A stretch of 64,000 nucleotides of DNA from Octopus sinensis. Taxonomy: Eukaryota. The notes beneath the pieces are model-generated. The model saw nothing but the letters and a program-made list of their open reading frames with translations, was not told the DNA's origin and did no database searches. The translations under genes were made by a program, and so were the position numbers. Each line of letters begins with the position of its first letter. The first letter of the stretch is position 1. Of this stretch, positions 47,746-62,048 are shown piece by piece. Location of the stretch: positions 24,428,001 through 24,492,000 of the forward strand of contig NC_043017.1 of NCBI RefSeq assembly GCF_006345805.1, in the 5' to 3' direction.

Positions 47746-50700
47746 AGATGTATCATGGAACTGTTATGCAAGTCCAATCTTCTAAAGGGAGAGGATACAT
47801 TTGATAGAATTGAACGAAGTATATGGGTTACTGATAATTATTTTATTGCACTCTCCTTCATTTGCCAAGAAGATTGAAACTAAATTTAATTCCCTATCAA
47901 ACCTTTCATTCCTACACAGTGATATTAGCTTAGTTGGAAGTTTTCTGTTGAAGTGGAAGACAGATGAATTAAAAACGGGCACCACAGGAGGAATCAGCTG
48001 ATGTATTCAAAAGACTGTGCTGTACAGACACATGATGCTTATGAAAGATGACGAATTTTCGAGTGAGAGGGAGTAGTGGGGCTGAGTAAAATGTAAAAGT
48101 GGTGGACCTTAACCTTGAGGTGATGGATCTCATTAACACAATGCCAAGGGACTGCTACAAATGCAGGGCTGTAATGCTGTGGTAGTCCCACCCAACCCAG
48201 CCAGTATGGCAATACAAGACATTTGACCATGATCCATGAGGAGTCAAACCTCACATAAACAGCTTTCAAAACCAATTCTTTCATCTATATCTCAGCATAG
48301 AAAAATCTAAATTTAAATGCAATATACAAACTGTGACATGTGAAATCAAAAGAAGACCAAATTGACTCAGTAATTCTTAAAATATATTATACTACAGTAT
48401 GAGGAATTTGTCCCTTCCCATGAAGCACCACAGAGAAAAAAAAATTAATAATCAATAGTATTCAGCTTTTATTGATCTTCTTTGGCTTTCAGAATCAACA
48501 TGTTTGATTTGAGGATTGGCAGTAGGATTTAATTCAACTAAAAATTCCTCTACTATACACATAAAGCATATTACAAAAAATTTTTTTGGCAGTTTAAATT
48601 CACTCGATATTAAATCTTCATTGTAGAACACCTCTTTTTCTTTCTATATTTATCATCATTATCATCGTTATTATTATTAGTATTATTAGTATTATTATTA
48701 TTATTATTATAGTGGTGATGGAGGGGGATAAAAATATTCTAATACATGAAACTAAGCAGTTTATTATTAGCAAAGTTCCTATCTCCAGCTTCCCTATTCT
48801 GTTAGCTTTCCATTCAAAGAACCAGTACACTTGCAAATCGAATAGGGATAAAACAATTTTTTTCCTAACAGTAGAGCAAACCAATACAGTGCTAGAGATT
48901 TATCATATGTGTGTTACTATTCGTTTCTGCATTGTTCTGAGTTTAAAATCTTTCTGAGGTTGGCTTTTACCTTTTATTCTGAGGTCAATAAAATAAGCAC
49001 CAATATAAAGGTGATTCATTTGACTGCATCTTCCTTACAAAGAAGGGGGGGAAAAAATGGAACACTTTCTACTTAAAGCAAAATAATTTTTTTCAATAGT
49101 CTGCAAATGCACAGCATGCATGTATGCGTGCACATATATATAAGTATGAGTGTGTGTGCGCACGCACTCATAGAAGTTGCGATTTATTAATATTGAGGTG
49201 GTGGTAGATTTTTTTCAAAGCTGGCAAACATGTAACTTGATCTGGGGCCCCAGGAGATTGAAATCTGATATCCATATTCACACATGCAAGCTTTTGATCT
49301 AAATCATTTCTTTATATTCATATTCATATTTCTCTCCACTACTAAGAGACCTCGCTGCTTGTTTTTTTTATTTAGCATTTGCAAGTTTCTTTTATAGAAG
49401 TCACACACAAAAGAGTCAAAGAGTTAATAGTTTGAGTATGCATTGTGTCCCTAGATAAGATAATAATACTTAAAAGCCCAGTCAACCATCATCATCAACA
49501 TACATCTGTTTTTCTATTCTGACACAGACTGGTATGTCTCACACTCTTGCCACAAACTGGGTACATTTTACCATGCTGCTGGTTATAAAGAGATTGTCTT
49601 AAGGCTAAACAGTCCCCTCTGCTTTGTAGCATCATCATCATTTTAATGTCCGCTTTTCCAAGTTTGCATGGGTCAAACAGACTTTCTAGCCATAGCGAAA
49701 CCTGTAGACCAATGGTTTCTAGGTAATTTCCCTTCATTGGTACAGGACAACTGCCAGCTAGAAATAGCAGCCACTCGCTCTTGCGCACAATATATACTTT
49801 TAAAGCGACACACAGTCACTGATCTCGTAAAGAGAAAAACAACTAGTTTTAAATCCCTGAGCAAGAAATATGTAGTAACAGTACTGTACAGTGAAGTCTA
49901 TGTTTTCCCGGGGCTAAAAAGTCATGCCACTTTGGATTGGCAAATAGACTTTATTGTATAGTATTGTTATTATATATTTCTTGCTAAGAGAGAGAGAGAG
50001 AGATACACACACATGCATACCCATTCAAAGTGACCCAATTTTTCATCCACCCAATCCCATTTTTCATGTCCAACCCTGAGAAATTTACCCTCCTACACTC
50101 TGTTACTAAGTAAATAACACACAAACAATGTACGATTTGAATTTCTAAAGACCAACTGACAAGTCGAACAGCTTCTCACATGATTTTTGCTTTGCTCCTT
50201 GAGACAGTTGCTTGACTTCCAAGAATTAATAGCAAAAATCTACCTCAAATCATTCCCTATCACCTTAAAGGAAGAGTAAACACACTGGATAATATAGTCC
50301 TATATACATTAGGACAAAATGGATGAAGATCCTTCTTAAACCATGCCAGGCTCATTAGGGCCGGTTTCCTGGTTTCAGTGGCGTATATATTCCCCACTTG
50401 GACAGGACGCTAACCTGCCACAGGATTACTCATTTTTGTCAGCTGAGTGAACTGAAGCAGCGTGAAATGAGGTGTTTTGCTCAAGAACACATATTGCCCG
50501 TTCCAGGAATCAAAACCACAGTCTTATGACTATGAGTCCAACACATCTAACCACTAAACCATGTGCCTCCACTCCTATATACATTATGTTGGATAAAGAT
50601 GGGATGGTCAGGACTAGAACATATCTGATCATACATTATAGCCCAATCAAGTCTGATTTAGTGCAAATACAACAATCAAAACAATAACTCTTGATAATTT

Positions 50701-53700
50701 GTCAACCCATCCTCATCTCAAAAGACAAAAAACTGTCTCTTTTCATTCTAGCATAACCTTTTCATTCCATATTTCTGTTAAAATTCAATGTCTTTGTTTC
50801 AATTAATTTTTAAAATAATGAAGAATTCATTAAAATAACTGTCATTATTAGGCCATGTTTGGAGCATAAATTAACACAAAATTTTGTTGGTGGGCGATTT
50901 TCATTTAGATCACTTTAAATTCAGCAAGTTATTATCATAGAGCCAAGGGCAGTCTTGGACAGGTTGATATCGAAAGGGTTAACCTAGAATTCTTAGCTCT
51001 TTGCCTCCCCAGAAGCCAAAATGTACAAACTTAAGTTGAAATGAGATTGTTCTTTCATTCATAGGCAAGAGATCACTTAGTCTTAAAACTAAAATATCTA
51101 AAGAGAAGCAGGAGGGGGGAGCAAGAGGAAAGGAGGAAGTAGAAAAAAAGGAAAAAGAACAGGAGATAAGAAAGGGAAAAGAAAATTGGTAGAAAAATGT
51201 GAAGCAACAGACTGACATAGCAAAATGGCTATAAAAGACCTCTTCAAGGGTGTAGTGCAGTTATTTCTCAAAGATGATTTTCCATTTTGATCTCACTCAA
51301 CACTGATGTTACCATAACAGTGTTACACTGCTCACCTTGAGACAATAAGAAAGCCTCTACATGTTTGCTCAGTTCGCTAGAAATAGTACCCCAAATCTCC
51401 TGTATATCACTTTGAATAACATAGTACTAAATATTCTATGCTCTCAAGGAAGAAGAAAAAGAAAGAAGAAAAAAGAGTGGATGTTTATGGCTGGAATACT
51501 TTAGATACAGATCTGCAAATTCAGGACGAGCCTGAGACTAAACAACTGCCGTTTACTTATAATATATATTTCCTAAAGCAGCTCTGTTACATGAAGAATG
51601 CAATTACAATCAAGAGAGAGAAAGATGGTCTACTGGATATAATACTTGACTATGAGCACATGAGTTGATAGTTCAAATCAGATACACGGTTGTTTTTTTT
51701 TTTATTGAATTTCCAGATTTCCAGACAGAATACCTTATTCTACATAGCCTCAATTCCCTTTGGGTCAGGAATGGAAAACAGTTCACCATAGCTTTGAAAT
51801 TTTGATGATGTGACTGCTTATTTTAAAAGCTTTGCTTGTTCTTCATTCCACACCTATCATCCACAGAAATGGACAGAAATCCAATGTAAAAAGTACTAAT
51901 CCTTTCCAATTTTGGCACAAGGCCAGCAATTTTGAAGGGAGAAGGTTAAGTTGATTACATTGACCCCAGTACTCAATAAGTAATTATTTTATCAACTGTG
52001 AAAAAATGAAAGGTAAAGTTGACCTCAGTAGCATTTGAACTCAGAACATAATGAACCAGAAGAAACGCTGCTAAGCATTTTGTCTAGAGTAGTAGTGATT
52101 CTACCAGCCCACCACCTTAGAATTTATTAACACACACACATACACGGAAAGAGCAGGCAGAATGATTAAGAAGTTCACTTAGTAATGAGATCTCAGGTTC
52201 AAATTCTACAGTACAAGTATCTTCTATTCTTCTCCTATCATAAATGTTTCCTTCTCAAGCCACGCCAGGCTCATAAGGGCCAGTTTCCTGATTTCAGTAG
52301 CATACATATTCCCCACCTGGATGGGATGCCGATCTGTCGCAAGATTACTCGTTTCTGCCAGGTTAGTGGACTGGACCAATGTGAAATGAAGTATTTTGCT
52401 CAAGAACACAACACATCACTTAGTCCAGGAATCAAAACCACAATCTTATGATCACGAGTCCAACGCCCTAACCACTAAGCCACATGCCGTCACTCTTCTA
52501 TCATAGCCAAGTGAAGTTGGGAAGGTGGAAACTATAGAGATGCTCATTAGAATGACTGTATCAGTAAATTCAAAGACCATCCAACATGCCAATCCTATCA
52601 GGAGGATTATGTTAAGGGTACGTGTAACACTCCTCTGTGAAACACTCCTCAACTTTACACTATTATTCAAGGATTAAATAGAACAACTGATTGTATTACA
52701 GAAATACTCTTCATCAATTCTAACAAGGATACATTTACAATCTCCTACATCTTATTCCTTTCAGGAAAAAATCCAACAAAAAGAAACTAATCTTTGCCAT
52801 TATTCATCATCATTCAATGTCCATACTGACATGGGTTGGATGGTTTGACCAGGGCCAGTAAGTTGAGGGACTGCATCAGGATCCAGTCTGAGTTGGTATG
52901 GTTTGTACGGCCGGATGCCCTTCCTACCACCAACCACTCTGAGAGTGTAACGGGTGTTTTTACGTGCCACTGGCATAGGATACCATGACTATACTATCTA
53001 TTTTTTTATTTAACATACACTTTTCCATGTTTGTAGAGGTCCGAGGGATTTTGTTGAGGTAGATTTTCTATGGTCAGATGCCCTTCCTATCACCAACCCT
53101 CACTTGTTTCTAATTAAGGTAATATTTCACCACAGTTGGACATGTTTTTGCAGAAAACTGGAAATGACCACCACCACTTGTATGACAGTGATGTTCATTT
53201 AACAGCCATCATTTGGTGTCTAGACAAGGTCTCTCTCACACACACACACACAAATATGATGGGAATCTTTCAGTTCCCATCTACCATATTCACTCACAAG
53301 GCTGTATTCAACCAGGGGCTACTGTAGCAGACATTTGCCCAAGGTGCCATACAGTGGGACTGAACCCAAGACCACATGGTTGGGCAGCCATGCCTGTGCC
53401 CATCCAGTATTTAAAAGAATGTTTGTTTAAATTATTACTTTAACACTTTTACATTCATTTTAACATGACATGTTTTCTCTTATTGCTACCTTGAAATCAA
53501 ACCAGACTTCATACATCTGGACTGACAGGGCAGTTTTTATTTTATGCGTGCAAGCTGCTTTCTTCTTAGAATGTATTTTTAGATAGACTGGAGCAAGTGA
53601 AATAATGTGGCTTACTTAAGAGAGCCTAAGTACAACAGCAATGTCCTTATCTAAATTAAACAAGCTTTTGACTGGTGTCCTCATTGCCAATAACATTAGC

Positions 53701-54402
53701 AATAACACCTTAGTCGCGTGACCACTAAGCGTCTTGTCTCAATTTAAATAGAGATCAACTGCATAATTCTTGAGAAAATATTATACTTATATTTCACATG
53801 AAAGTAATAATAAAAGTGAGTAAATATTTTATTCTGATATTTTAAAGAGAAGAGAAAATGTGGGTTGTAAAGCAAGGCTACAATAGACTGTTTAGAGTTA
53901 ATTCAGCTAATTCTAATACTGACACAGTTTGAATGCAGAGGAAGTGTTACAAGTGTAGGTTAGTTGTCCTATGAGAAAAATATATTAATCTAGCACCAAC
54001 TAAAAAGTCAGTTCTATTGAGCCATCCATCTGCTACTTCTCGTTTATTCAGTTATACTAGAGACTAGAATAGCAAAAAAAAAGAACAAAACAAAAGGTTT
54101 GTCAGATCATTAATAGACTCCATTAATTAATAACAAGAATTCAACATAATATCAAAATGTAAATGCTAACTTAATATATATGTGAGACCATAGAGATAGT
54201 AAGAGAGAGAGAGAGATAGAGAGACAGACATGTGTATTTTGGTCTTAGTTTCATTATAACTCACTAAGCAGTTGTCAGCTGACAGTACACTCTTCAATTA
54301 CTAATATTATTTTCTACTTCTAGGCACAAGGCCTGAAATTTTGGGGAAGGGTGCCAGTCGATTAGATCGACCCCAGTACGCAACTGGTATTTAATTTATT
54401 GA

Positions 54403-54635
54403 AAGGCGGCGAGCTGGCAGAAACGTTAGCGCGCCGGGCGAAATGCTTAGCGGTATTTCGTCTGTCGTTACGTTGTGAGTTCAAATTCCGCCGAGGTCGA
54501 CTTTGCCTTTCATCCTTTCGGGGTCGATAAATTAAGTACCAGTTACGCACTGGGGTCGATGTAATCGACTTAATACCTATGTCTGTCCTTGTTTGTCCCC
54601 TCTGTGTTTAGCCCCTTGTGGGTAATAAAGAAATA
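54403..54635 (+). mobile_element. Young SINE B inserted antisense inside an older SINE B-type copy (about 54310-54760, minus)
   Basis: 17-bp TSD GGTATTTAATTTATTGA (54386-54402, 54636-54652). Confidence 0.9.
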
Positions 54636-55789
54636 GGTATTTAATTTATTGACCTCAAAAGGATGAAAGGCAAAGTCAACCTCGGTGGAATTTAAACTCA
54701 GAACACAAAGACAGGCGAAATACTGCTAAGCATTTCACCCAGCATGCCAGCTCACTGCGTTTCAATTACTAATATTACAACTAACAACTATCAGATCACA
54801 TCAGCTGTGCGTCTTGTATAGTTGATTCATAAGGCTGATGGCAGTCACTGAAATGGGAGAATAGAATGTATCAATAAGATTTGTACTATCCTCATCATCA
54901 TTGCATGCTTGCTTTCTATGCTGTCATGGGTTGGAGTGGTCTTCACAGTTCTTATTCAGAGTTAATAACCTTCTAGATAAGTTGAGGGACATCTTGATCA
55001 TAAATTTTATTTTGGCAGGGCTTCTGCAGCTAAATGCCCTTCATTATGTCAACCATTTTACTGAGTGTATGGGAATGAATTTTAATATGGCACCAGCACT
55101 ACAGAAGCTGCCATGTCTTCAACAAGGTAAAATTAAAGAGGACTTTCATCCTAAGTGGTTTCCATTCATTCAACCACTTTGCAGAGTGTACTGAGTGCAA
55201 TTTAATCATGGAATCTGCTCTATTGAAGTTGCTTTGTACCTTGCAAGACCAAAGAAGATCTCACCACTCTTTACTGTCCCCATTTGTACAAAGCCACAAG
55301 AGCAACAGAGTGGGTAGAAGAGAGGCTAATTGCAAAAGATGAGCAAACGTATAAAGGACAAAGAAGGGAGATTGTGATGGAAGACACAGAATAACTGTGT
55401 AGAAGAGAAGGGGGAAATGGGAGAGACAATGCTGGAAGAAGTAAAGTAAGAGAGATAGTGATGGTAGAGTGTAATAAAAGAGTTAAAAATGACAGATTGT
55501 GACAGAGGAAAGAGAGACAGAAATCATAGAGAAAGCAAGTGATGGATAATTGTAGAAATACTCAATGGTAAGAGTGTTCTGGATATTAGTAATGAGTGAT
55601 CTGGAAGAGCAGAAGTGATGGCTAGCCAAACAGTGAAGTTCACTGAGGGAGTATAGCAAATCCAATCATACCCCATATTACTAAGGTATTGTGATGGGGG
55701 AGAGACATTAAGGAGGATTGATGGCTTTGATAGTAGAGTCCTGAGAACCAGTGAGAACATCAGATGGCAACATCACTTTTCTAACAAAG

Positions 55790-56210
55790 AACTGTGTGCA
55801 TGCACGTATCAGCTCACAGCCTCCCACCAGAAATTTAAAATCCAAAACAGAAAAGGCCACACAACACATTGTTCATAAAGCCACTTGTCAATACACACTG
55901 ACCAACAAAGATGCTGTTTCCTCTTGCTTCGCATTTTATACTGTTTCTATGTTGGCCTCTGTTCCTCAAAAGATAACTGCTCTCCTACAACCTCCAAACA
56001 GAGATTATCATGTCAATTCAACTACCCTCCAGCCATCACTTATGTGCTGACTCTTCAAGGACCTGTACTAAGCAGTATACTAAGTCTTTCCTTCCCAGAA
56101 CCTCAACTCTCTGGAATTCCATCCCATCCTTACCTATGTTTTTCTTGCAGTCATCAATTTGAACCAATTACTCACAAGAAAGATTAACCACATCAGTTTC
56201 AATGTTTGAA
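55790..56210 (+). mobile_element. Degenerate CR1-like LINE 3' end
   Basis: LYCFYVGLCSSK and RTCTKQYTKSFLPRTSTLWNSIP match the C-terminal FYRY..G.CSSE / SFFPRT..LWNSLP motifs. Confidence 0.65.
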
Positions 56211-57260
56211 CCCTGATATTGAGAGGCCATGGGCACAAACCATACCTCTAAACCAATCTAATAAAATAAACAAACAGAAGCTTTAGTGATTCTTGAGTGT
56301 TACTAACTACTATGAATTTACTACTCAACTGAAACCATCAACTCAGTAAGTTTGTTGTCTAAAGTTATTTTGCAGAAAATCTTAGACAGACACACATTCA
56401 TTTCCCTGACATGTATTACAAGATGACAGAGCAATATTTTTCTGCTTTAACACACATAAAATGTATCTATTGATTTATCTTTGAATCATAGGTTAATATG
56501 AAACAGAGTGTTTTGTCTGTTTTTCCAGAAGGTACTTCATTTTATGGAAATTTTGTTTCATTCTCAAATTCATCTCATAAGATGAGTTCACACCTATTGC
56601 ACAGAAATAAAGACAAGTAGATAGAAGCTATGATAGCTTCATTTAATCATCAAATTTGATTGTTATATTTTGTACCTTTTTTTTTTTTACTTTGTTATTT
56701 TGGAACAAAGAATTCTAAACTGAAGCAGCAAAACATTTCAGATAATTCAGTCATCTTATTCACATATACATTAAATATATATGTAAGCCTATGTAATAGA
56801 TATACAAACATCAATTTTACCAATTTCTCTGTAGACTGAAAAAAATGATAAAGAGCCTTAATCAACTGTTGACCCTTATTGGGATCTCATCAGGTGTCTA
56901 CATCACTTGCCCAATCCCAGAGAAACAAGTAACCATTCTGTTTATATGCTCATTAAATCTAGTAGCAATAGAGAACTGGCGACACTAATTTGTATACCTT
57001 TAGTGTTTAACATTTTAATATCAGCAGCTTGATACATATTTCTTTAATTAATCCAAAGATCAAGAAGATCTATTAGATATAAAGGACTCAATCCACGAAT
57101 GGAGAGTGATTATTTCATTTGAGAGATTTACAGATTTACTAATGTATTACAAAAGTTTTCTTCAATTTCTGAAGAAAATCTTTGATTTGAAACAGTACTA
57201 CTTCTGTAAAACTCAGAAAAGAAATACATGAAGAAAATAACCAGCAAATGGTCTCCTTAC

Positions 57261-57749
57261 CTTATTATTACTTCCAATACCCATGGCATTTTGTGCAAAT
57301 CTTTCTTTAGCTTTCAATGCTTTTGCACGTTCATTTCGTAGTCGTTCATCGTCTTTCAAAAGTGAAACTAATTGTTTGGCTTTCTCTCGTACATTCATAC
57401 CTTGGTCTTTGTTGTCCTCAGTATATTGAAAGTCTTTTAAAGTCTGAATTGCATAAACATTTTCTTTACACTGCTGAGCTACCTTTTCACTCCCAGTTTT
57501 AATAATATAATCCAATAGCACTAAAGATTTATAAACATGTCTCCAGTTCTTCCCATGATCGTTTAACCGCTTCCAGATCATTTGCATAATTTCTGTGAAG
57601 GCAACAACATTGTAAGTTAGATCGGCTATCTCAGACATCAGTGTACTTGAAGGTCCCCATGGGTCATTTGATGTCGCTTCCCGAACTTTGATCTGGGCAT
57701 CTGAGTAATTCCAAACAACATTTTTAATTGTTCGTCGAATGGTTGGCAT
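57261..57749 (-). CDS. EPN2: Epsin first coding exon, complete ENTH domain (163 codons, phase-0 donor)
   Basis: Translation MPTIRRTIKNVVWNYSDAQIKVREATSNDPWGPSSTLMSEIADLTYNVVAF...KRLNDHGKNWRHVYK...DQGMNVREKAKQL matches the epsin ENTH signature. Donor AAG|GTAAGG at 57261/57260. Symbol is nominal: invertebrates have one EPN1/2/3 co-orthologue. Confidence 0.97.
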
Positions 57750-57833
57750 TTTTCTTTTCTCAAGACCAGAGCCACAACACTGCTATTAAAAAGCTACTAT
57801 GAATATCTCAATATTCCATCATTTCTTTTACAC
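57750..57833 (-). other. EPN2: 5' UTR portion of the ENTH exon; upstream sequence (57834-64000) is a 5' UTR intron
   Basis: Strong acceptor TTTTTCTTCTTTGTTTTCCTCCCAG|GTG at 57834/57833. Confidence 0.85.
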
Positions 57834-59255
57834 CTGGGAGGAAAACAAAGAAGAAAAATAAATTAATCAAATATTAACATTGCCTATCAAAGCAAAATTT
57901 TGGAAAAGAATTAGATTAAACCTTATTCTGAGAAATAATTGAGAAAATACTGAGAAATGCTAAAATATCAAAGTAGTTAAACCTTTCATGATTATACAAA
58001 ATTTTTACCATCCAACTTTCTACAAGTCAAAAATGAAAATAGCTTTGATTCCAAAGAAAAAAAAAACAAAAAAAATCATTATCATTAACAGACAACGCCC
58101 ACTGTTCCATGTTTGCCTAAGTCAGACAAAATTTGTTGAGAGAGATTTTCTAAGGCCAGATACCCTGCCTCCTGTCAATCCTCACCTGTTCCCAAGCAAG
58201 GTAATATTACTCCATGGCCAGACATGTTTTCATGAAAGACTGGAAATGAACAACCTCGCTTGTATGACAGTGATGCTCATTTACAATCCTCACAGGATGT
58301 CAAGACAACAGTTCATGCACACATGCATACATACATACATATAACTACACACACACACACACACAAGTGCAGCTGCTTCCTTCATCCCCCATCGGATAGC
58401 ATTTTGGCTAGCCCAGAGTAATAATAAGACACTTGCCCCAGGGGTTGCACAGAAGGTCTGAACCTAGGACCACTTGGTTAAGAAGCTTCTTAACCACACA
58501 GCCATGCCCGCACCTAAATTATGCCTTAAAATATACAAAATGATCTCATAAAATTATTCCAATGATATATATTGAAAAAATGGTATTTGAAATCCTATAT
58601 GACTCAGAGAAAAATGTTATGTTAATAAGCTGTAGAGCATTCCTCATTCTGGTATTATGTTAACGTATCATCAACACAATCATCATAAGCAAATACTAAT
58701 CAATTGGAGGCAGATCCATGGACTTTCAAGCAGAACTTTGCTCAAGTGTGCAGTAAATTAACTTAAAAAATAGATAAGACAAATGTAAATGAATCTCCTT
58801 TCATATGTGTTTGTAAGCTGGGGGGGAATCGTAGCTAAGAGAAGGTATTTACCCCCCAGAAGTCAAACTAATTCTGTAGTCCAGGGTGCAGTCAGTCAGT
58901 TTGTTTTAGATATCACAAAATATCCTGGTTGAACATTGCCTGCTAATCTTAGCAAAACGGGTGGGCCAATGAGGGGAAATTATGCGAGCACTGAGCTGCC
59001 TAGAAAGAGTAGTCCTATCACCCTACAACCACACATTGCTATCTTTAAAAAAAATGGACACATTACAAAATGTCCAAGATACTCATAAGAAGGTGAAATG
59101 GTTATAGCAAGAATGGCTGATCAGAAAGATTCTCTTGATCAGGACCATGAGTTTAAACAACACTCACTAGTTAGAATTTCTTAGTTATATGACAATATTT
59201 CATTTTCTTCAACTCTGATACTTCAAGACCAGATTTTATATATATATACGTAAGA

Positions 59256-59601
59256 GAACCATCCAAACATGGCTGTTTCCAGTGCCGCCCCGACTGGCCT
59301 CATGCCGGTGGCACTTAAAAAGCACCATCTGATCGTGGCCATTGTCAGCCTCGCCTAGCCCCCGTGCCGGTGGCACGTAAAAACCACCATCCGACCGTGG
59401 CCATTTGCCAGCCTTGTCTGGCACCTGTGCTGGTGGCACCCACTACACTCACGGAGTGGTTGGCGTTAGGAAGGGCATCCAGCCATAGAAACATTGCCAG
59501 ATCAGACTGGGCCTGGTGCAGTCTTCTGGCTTCCCAGACTGCAGTTGAACAGTCCAACCCATGCTAGCATGGAAAGCGGACGCTAAACGATGATGATGAT
59601 G
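59256..59601 (+). mobile_element. SINE-like family C with three modules
   Basis: Same body and (GAT)n tail. Confidence 0.8.
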
Positions 59602-59713
59602 ATATATATATATATATATACATGGTTCAGGGTTCAGTCCCACTGCGCGGCACCTTGGCCACCATTGTATATACATATATACATGTGTGTGTGTGTATGT
59701 GTATATATATATA

Positions 59714-59754
<41 letters not shown>

Positions 59755-60007
59755 TGTATTTGCATCTATGTTTGCCTCCCCCACCATCGCTTGACGACTG
59801 ATGTTGGTGTATTTGCATCCCCGTCACTTAGCAGTTCAGCAAAAAGAGAACGACAGAGTAAGTACTAAGCTTACAAAGAATAAGTCCTGGGGTCGATTTG
59901 TTCGACTACAGGTGGTGCTCCAGCATGGCCGCAAGTCATGACTGAAATAAGTGAAGGGAAGAAAGAATGCAGTGTTGAGCACTCATTTGCATCATTTGAC
60001 ATTTACG

Positions 60008-60039
<32 letters not shown>

Positions 60040-61283
60040 TATATACATAGCCTAAGACTAAATTGCTGGATTTAAAGAAGATAGATACAGGCATATATAC
60101 GTGTGTGTATCTGTCTGTGTGAGTGAGTATCTTTTTAAGAGTTGAGTGCTGTTAATACAATATCAATGGTTTCATGAAAATGTATTCACAATTAGCCAAT
60201 TGTAGTTTGAATAACTGAACAAGCAAATAATTGCGATTACTTTCAAATGAAAACATTGGTTTCATATTAACAGCACTCTACTATAAAAAGAATTTGCTTA
60301 TCAACCAAAGCAATGTTGATCAATCATGGCACACGCATGCACCCACATACACATTTAACCTATGCCACACACATATGTAAGTACATGCAAATGCATACAC
60401 ACACACTCAGAGAAAGAGAGAGAGACATTGCTAATCTTACCAACCAAAGACAAATGCACTGCCCATACCTCTTATACATACACACATTTGCACACAAATA
60501 TATGCATATATGCTACATACACATGTGTCCTCATGCATGCATGCACACCCACATATAACCGGACACTCCTGCATCATTCTGTTGTCATTAAAAACATAAT
60601 TCAGTGGGTTTCAACCAGAGTCCATATCACCCCTTATGGTCCATATAAGATCTTAGGGGTGGTCCACTCATGCAAAATTGGGTCCACAGTAGTATTTTAA
60701 AATGTTATGCCCTCACTCTAAACCTTTTTCCCCTTCTTTCAGTATCAATCAACCTAATTGGTTTTAAATTTTGAGTATCAATTAACCTAATTGGTTTCAA
60801 ATTTTGACACGAGGCCGGCAAGTTTGGGGAGAGAGGGTAAATCATTTATATTGACCCCAGTGCTTGACCAAATCCACTCAAGGCTTTGGCCAACCTGAGG
60901 AACCTGACCTGGAATCATGTGGTTAGGAAGCAAGCTTCTTAATACACAGATACACTTGCATCTATATATATATATAAATTTGGTACAAAAAAAAAACAAC
61001 AGATTAATTGATGGGACTCGTCAGGGAACCGTGATACCAAGTACAGTACAAAGCATTTGTCATTACTCATTCTCCACAAGCATCTCGCTTCATAGATAAT
61101 TCATTAGCCACCCCACCTCATCCCCAAAACAAATTCAACTGCTGTTTAAAACAGCCATGAATCTCACTTTAATTCAATATTTATGATGAACATTAACCCC
61201 CCAAGAATATGAAGAGATAAATTAATAGCTCCCCAAATTAGTACTTATTAACACTTTAAATTAAAACCTTAGCAATAAATACC

Positions 61284-61446
61284 TATTTCTTTATTACCCA
61301 CAAGGGGCTAAACACAGAGCAGACAAACAAGGACAGACATAGGTATTAAGTCAATTACATCGACCCCAGTGCGTAAGTGGTACTTAATTTATCGACCCCG
61401 AAAGGATGAAAGGCAAAGTCGACCTCGGCGGAATTAGAACTCACAA
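61284..61446 (-). mobile_element. 5'-truncated SINE B
   Basis: 11-bp TSD CAATAAATACC (61273-61283, 61447-61457). Confidence 0.85.
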
Positions 61447-62048
61447 CAATAAATACCAGTGTGTGTACATTTCAGCCCTAAGGTTGTGGCCACATTGGAG
61501 TATATATCTATATACACACAGACTCTTTTCTTCAATTTGATATGGATTCCTTGGATTGGCAGAGTGCTTCTTTAATAATTGACCACAGTACAAAGTAATC
61601 ATTCTTTAGTTAATCAAAAGGTGTAACCTTTATGTTGCTATTCAAACACTTTGCTAGCCAGGTTTCTGCATGAAGTGCTGCTGAGATGATTACCTGATTA
61701 TCTCGTGTGTGTGTGATTGGCATTCCTTCAGTTAGAATGAATGTTCTAGTTGATCCAATCAGTAGAACAGCCTACTTATAAAATTAACATGCAAGTGGTT
61801 GAAGTTTCCGCAGACATGTGGACCCTCAAATATAGTTCTCAGGAATATTTAGTGTGACACAGAATGTAACAAGGATGGCCCTTGGAAATACAAGTACTAC
61901 TCATTTTTGCCAACTGAGTGGAGTGGACCAATGTGAAATAAAATGTCTTGCTCAAAGCTACAATGTGCTGCTGGGACGCAAACTCACAACCTTACAATCA
62001 TTAGCTGGAAACCTTAACCACTAAGCCATATGTGTGTGTATATATATA

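Noticed and set aside
57213-57260. C-terminal VRRPFAGYFLHVFLF of the 178-aa ORF
   Set aside because: Intron read-through past the AAG|GTAAGG donor; not epsin-like.
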